NCBI GenBank assembly: GCA_031422435.1
Contig: JANPLU010000132.1
Coordinates: 1-10,473 of the forward strand
From: Acaryochloridaceae cyanobacterium VAR_48_metabat_390
GTDB lineage: Bacteria; Cyanobacteriota; Cyanobacteriia; Thermosynechococcales; Thermosynechococcaceae
DNA length: 10,473 nt
Direction of reading: 5' to 3'
Shown here: positions 6,792 through 10,473 of the stretch, one piece after another
Position numbering within the stretch: position 1 is the stretch's first letter
Layout: every line of letters begins with the position of its first letter
The notes under the pieces: generated by a model
Seen by the model: only the letters and a program-made list of their open reading frames with translations
What the model was told of the DNA's origin: nothing
The model's database searches: none
Translations under genes and position numbers: made by a program

Positions 6792-8183
6792 ATGAAACAA
6801 TGGCGTGTTTTTACGTGTGGGTTATGTGCTGCACTGTTAATTCTGGGCTGGGTTGCTCCGGCTTGGGCATTTTGTGGATTTTATGTGTCTAAGGCAGACA
6901 CCACATTATTTAACAAGGCTTCTCAAGTGGCGATCGCCCGTGACGGAAATCGCACCGTCATCACAATGGCAAACGACGTGCAGGGCAATATCAAAGATTT
7001 TGCCGTTGTTGTGCCTGTGCCAATGGTCTTAAAACAAGAGCAGGTTCACGTTGGCGACCCCAAAGTTCTCAAACGGCTCGATGCCTTTAGCGCCCCGCGC
7101 CTCGTAGAATATTTTGACGCGAATCCCTGTGAGCAGACTAGGCTATACGACCGCGTGATGTCTGCGGCACCGATGGCACAAGAGGCTGTCGGCGCAGCTA
7201 AAGCTCGATCAAGTAATGCGCTAGGGGTAACGGTAGAAGCCCAATTTAGCGTCGGTGAGTATGACATTGTGGTGCTGGGAGCCAAAGAATCTAACGGCCT
7301 TGAAACCTGGCTGGCTCAAAACGGCTACAAAATTCCCCGTGGTGCAGCGCCATTATTTCGCCCCTATATTCGCCAGAACATGAAGTTCTTTGTGGCAAAG
7401 GTGAACCTCAAAGAATTTAATAAGGCAGGTTTTGAATTTTTGCGCCCCATTCAAATGGCCTACGAATCGCCTAAGTTTATGCTGCCGATTCGTCTAGGAA
7501 TGATTAATGCAGGGACTGCTCAAGATTTAGTCGTGTATATTCTCTCCCCCAAAGGCCAAGCTGAAGTGGTCAACTACCGCACGGTCAATGTACCTTCCGA
7601 GGCAAATGTGCCGCTTTTTGTGAAACAGGAATTTGGCAAAGTCTACCCAGCCCTGTTTGGCACCGCCTATGACCGCGAAGGCCGCAACGTTGTTTTTCGA
7701 GAATATGCCTGGAATATGGGCAACTGCGACCCCTGCTCTGCCGACCCACTCACACCCGAAGAACTGCGGCAGGCAGGCGTGTTTTGGATGGATGAGCCAT
7801 CTCAGTCTCAACCTCAGCCTCGCGGCGGCGGACGGTTTGCGCCACCTTGGATGAGCAATAACGTCTTTATTACGCGGCTGCATGTGCGCTATACCCGCGA
7901 TAAGTTCCCTGAAGATTTGGTGTTTCAAGAAACCGCCAATCAGCAAAACTTTCAGGGTCGCTATGTGTTGACCCACCCCTACAAGGGTGAGCTGAGTTGT
8001 GCGGCAGGCAAGCAGTATAGGCGATCGCTTCCCGCCCGGTTTGAGAAAGAAGCCCAAACTTTAGCAAACCTAACGGGCTGGAATATTAGTGAGGTTCGCA
8101 AAAAGATGAATCTTCAGCAGCCCATCCCTGAAGGTTGGTGGCGTAAGCTATGGCGTAGCGTTGTTCCATCTTTTGTTGGATGA
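6792..8183 (+). CDS. DUF2330 domain-containing exported protein
   Basis: 463 aa with a signal peptide ending AWA, followed by FCGFYV...FNKASQV...MAND...DFAVVVPVP, MKFFVAKVNL, EYAW...CDPC and FITRLHVRY, recalled as typical of DUF2330. Confidence 0.85.
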   Translation: MKQWRVFTCGLCAALLILGWVAPAWAFCGFYVSKADTTLFNKASQVAIARDGNRTVITMANDVQGNIKDFAVVVPVPMVLKQEQVHVGDPKVLKRLDAFSAPRLVEYFDANPCEQTRLYDRVMSAAPMAQEAVGAAKARSSNALGVTVEAQFSVGEYDIVVLGAKESNGLETWLAQNGYKIPRGAAPLFRPYIRQNMKFFVAKVNLKEFNKAGFEFLRPIQMAYESPKFMLPIRLGMINAGTAQDLVVYILSPKGQAEVVNYRTVNVPSEANVPLFVKQEFGKVYPALFGTAYDREGRNVVFREYAWNMGNCDPCSADPLTPEELRQAGVFWMDEPSQSQPQPRGGGRFAPPWMSNNVFITRLHVRYTRDKFPEDLVFQETANQQNFQGRYVLTHPYKGELSCAAGKQYRRSLPARFEKEAQTLANLTGWNISEVRKKMNLQQPIPEGWWRKLWRSVVPSFVG

Positions 8184-8195
8184 ACGCCGTAAGCG

Positions 8196-8477
8196 CTACT
8201 CGTCTGGCTCTATGGTGCTGAGCAACCCGTGATTTTGAAGGGTTTCGCAGTAAAACTCGGCGTGTTCTAGCGCACAAACAATGACTAAAGCTAGTCCGTG
8301 GTTGTGCGCTTCCATCATGACGTTGAGTGCTTGCGGCTCGGTTAGGTTAGGGATCGTTTGGATCAGGATACCAACCACATACTCCATTGAGTTGAAGTCA
8401 TCGTTATGGAGCAGCACCTTATAGCGCGGCGCTAACTTACGAACCGTTGACGGCTTTGCTAAAATTTCGACAGACAT
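8196..8477 (-). CDS. clpS: ATP-dependent Clp protease adaptor ClpS
   Basis: 93 aa, YKVLLHNDDFNSMEYVV...MMEAHNHG...EHAEFYCETL...STIEPDE; SD AAAGGA upstream on the minus strand. Confidence 0.97.
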   Translation of the reverse strand: MSVEILAKPSTVRKLAPRYKVLLHNDDFNSMEYVVGILIQTIPNLTEPQALNVMMEAHNHGLALVIVCALEHAEFYCETLQNHGLLSTIEPDE

Positions 8478-8735
8478 ACGTTAAATCCTTTCAATCCATC
8501 TAGAAACGGCCTCATCTAGAAGCTGTTTTGTGAACTTGTTCTAAAAATTAGTTTTGATGCAGGCAGCCTTTATGGGGTTCAGACCTTAAAGAAGCGTAAA
8601 GCCGCTGCCAGCAATCCGGTTTCCTTAGTTTACCAACTTCGTCTACTTTAGGTAAGAATCTATAGGCATTAGGATATGGGTGGATAGACTGAATTAACTG
8701 AGAAACGGGTACGGCTAGAAAAAGGAGAACCATAT

Positions 8736-8933
8736 ATGACTGCAATCACAATCAATATCTCTGATACCCGACTTAAAAAGTTGCAACAGCTAGCGAATGA
8801 AAGCGGCGTATCTCCTGAAGAGTTACTATGCGCCAGTGTTGAAGAATGGTTGAGCGGGTCAAAAGATGAATTTGATCAAGCGGCTAGCTATGTTTTGAAG
8901 AAAAATGCTGAACTCTACCAACGTTTAGCATAA
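8736..8933 (+). CDS. Small putative ribbon-helix-helix DNA-binding protein, probable antitoxin of Doc
   Basis: 65 aa with alternating strand TAITINISD, then helices, and C-terminus YVLKKNAELYQRLA. Strong SD AAAAGGAGA; TAATG overlap with doc. Confidence 0.75.
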   Translation: MTAITINISDTRLKKLQQLANESGVSPEELLCASVEEWLSGSKDEFDQAASYVLKKNAELYQRLA

Positions 8934-9316
8934 TGCGCTATTTGAAGCTTAAGGAAGTGATTGATCTGCATCATCAGGTGGTGGAGCAGTCGGGTGGCTC
9001 ATTGGGGATTCGTGATTTGGGTGCTTTGGAATCTGCTGTAGCACAGCCCTTGATGAGCTTTGGCGGCGAAGATTTGTACCCAACCTTAGAGGATAAAGCA
9101 GCGGCCTTAGGGTTTTCGCTGGTGATGAATCATCCATTTATAGACGGCAACAAGCGGATTGGACACGCTGCAATGGAAACGTTTTTGATTCTAAATGGGG
9201 TAGAGATTGATGCCTCTGTAGATGAGCAAGAGCAGGTCATTTTAAGTTTGGCAGCAGGACAGCTTGAACGTGAATCCTTCACCGAATGGTTAAAGCAGCA
9301 TATTAAGCCTGTTTGA
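8933..9316 (+). CDS. doc: Death-on-curing (Doc, Fic family) toxin
   Basis: 127 aa with GIRDLGALESAV and the Doc-type motif HPFIDGNKRIG. Confidence 0.92.
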   Translation: MRYLKLKEVIDLHHQVVEQSGGSLGIRDLGALESAVAQPLMSFGGEDLYPTLEDKAAALGFSLVMNHPFIDGNKRIGHAAMETFLILNGVEIDASVDEQEQVILSLAAGQLERESFTEWLKQHIKPV

Positions 9317-9378
9317 TAGTTTTTTTTGCTATGGGCATCAGAGATCGATCATTGAGTGTCGCAAGGAGATAACGCACG

Positions 9379-9930
9379 ATGGTTGTCACAACAGCAAAAT
9401 GGACGATTGATGAGTACCACCAAATGATCGCGGCGGGGCTTTTGGACGATCGCCGAGTGGAGCTATTAAATGGAGAAATTGTCGAGATGTCGCCAGAAGG
9501 CGAACCCAATGCCTACTCTTGCAGTGAGGTAGGAGATTATTTACGAGGTCGATTGGGCGACAAGGTCAAAATTAGAGAAGCGCACCCGATTACGCTACCG
9601 AATCATTCTGAGCCGGAGCCAGATATTGCGATCGCCCAACCCTTAGGACGAGAATACCTTCAGCATCACCCCTATCCCAAAAATATCTTTTGGCTGATTG
9701 AATACTCAGAATCTAGCCTAGATAAAGATCTGGAAACGAAACGACATCTTTATGCCGAAGTTCAAATTCCTGAGTATTGGGTCGTTAATCTCAAAAACAG
9801 AACGCTGATCATTTTTCGAGATCCTCAGAATGGAGATTATGGATCGAAGGTCACGCTATCGGAGGGGACGGTTTATGCGTTGGCGTTTCCAGAGATTGCT
9901 TTAGCCGTTGAGGCGATCATCAGTCTTTAG
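9379..9930 (+). CDS. Uma2 family putative restriction-endonuclease-fold protein
   Basis: 183 aa, WTIDEYHQM...RVELLNGEIVEMSP...SEPEPD...LIEYS...YAEVQIPEYWVVNL; SD AAGGAG. Confidence 0.92.
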   Translation: MVVTTAKWTIDEYHQMIAAGLLDDRRVELLNGEIVEMSPEGEPNAYSCSEVGDYLRGRLGDKVKIREAHPITLPNHSEPEPDIAIAQPLGREYLQHHPYPKNIFWLIEYSESSLDKDLETKRHLYAEVQIPEYWVVNLKNRTLIIFRDPQNGDYGSKVTLSEGTVYALAFPEIALAVEAIISL

Positions 9931-10051
9931 TTGATTTGATGACGAGAATCTTATTCATTGGTTGGGGTTCACATAAGCAAGGCGAGATCTGGGGCATCTG
10001 ATAGCATAGAAATATTATTAGGTTGGCTCCCAAATATGTTTGGAGGTTTCC

Positions 10052-10473
10052 ATGTCAACTGCCACGGTTCCTAAATTATCTGTTGATCAACTGTTACTAA
10101 ATGTGAGCCATGCCAAGCTAACCGTAACGCCAGAGCAATTTGACCAACTTTGTATCGACAACCCAGATCTACGTCTTGAACTAACAAAAGATGGCGAGTT
10201 GATTGTTATGGCTCCAGTGGGTGGTGAAAGTGGTGAGCGAAACCTAGATTTAGCAATCGATGTTGGGATCTGGAACCGACAAAGTAATTTAGGTCGAACC
10301 TTCGATTCATCAACGGGTTATGACTTCACCGCATTGGGTGGTGGCAAACTATCGCCAGATGTATCTTGGATTGAAAAGTCGCGGCTTGAGGGTATTGAAA
10401 TCGTCGGGTTTATTCCAGTGGTACCTGATTTTGTGATTGAGCTACGTTCTGCGACGGACAATTTGAAGCCGTT
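10052..10473 (+). CDS. Second Uma2 family protein, 3'-truncated by the window edge
   Basis: SD GGAGG at 10042-10046. Manual translation: MSTATVPKL...EQFDQLCIDNPDLRLELTKDGELIVMAP...FDSSTGYDF...SPDVSWI...PDFVIELRSATD; open to the window end and missing from the ORF track. Confidence 0.92.
   Translation, partial: MSTATVPKLSVDQLLLNVSHAKLTVTPEQFDQLCIDNPDLRLELTKDGELIVMAPVGGESGERNLDLAIDVGIWNRQSNLGRTFDSSTGYDFTALGGGKLSPDVSWIEKSRLEGIEIVGFIPVVPDFVIELRSATDNLKP

Larger units (their letters stand above)
1078..9635. repeat. Dispersed HIP1 octamers GCGATCGC
   Basis: Perfect copies start at 1078, 2450, 3509, 4549, 6436, 6467, 6930, 8021 and 9628. Confidence 0.9.

Noticed and set aside
188..9509. Remaining short overlapping ORFs in the track (e.g. 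188-463, 438-689, 831-1103, 1677-1865, 2650-2919, 5223-5414, 7527-8057, 8548-8745, 9303-9509)
   Set aside because: They are alternative-frame or antisense to confident genes, or lie over regulatory DNA, and show no family motifs.
1..10473. CRISPR array, tRNA/rRNA, IS element or T-box
   Set aside because: I saw no regularly spaced repeats, cloverleaf, transposase, terminal inverted repeats or T-box consensus.

Overview
Cyanobacterial chromosomal window, judged from the phycobilisome genes and at least 9 perfect HIP1 GCGATCGC sites. In order it holds: the 3' part of apcE, then apcA-apcB-apcC with several intergenic stem-loops; a minus-strand MntA-HepT toxin-antitoxin pair whose HepT toxin carries two in-frame stops; a leuA of the actinobacterial/proteobacterial/yeast type; a secreted DUF2330 protein convergent with clpS; a small antitoxin plus Doc (Fic family) toxin; and two Uma2-family genes, the second running off the window. 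The most interesting signal is missing from the ORF track. The ~440 nt leader of leuA encodes two tandem leucine-rich upstream peptides: 4535-4609 (ending LLGLGLLLLP*) and 4821-4955 (8 Leu in the first 20 codons, stop overlapping the leuA start). Both coincide with RNA helices, which suggests two-stage, ribosome-mediated leucine sensing in a cyanobacterium.
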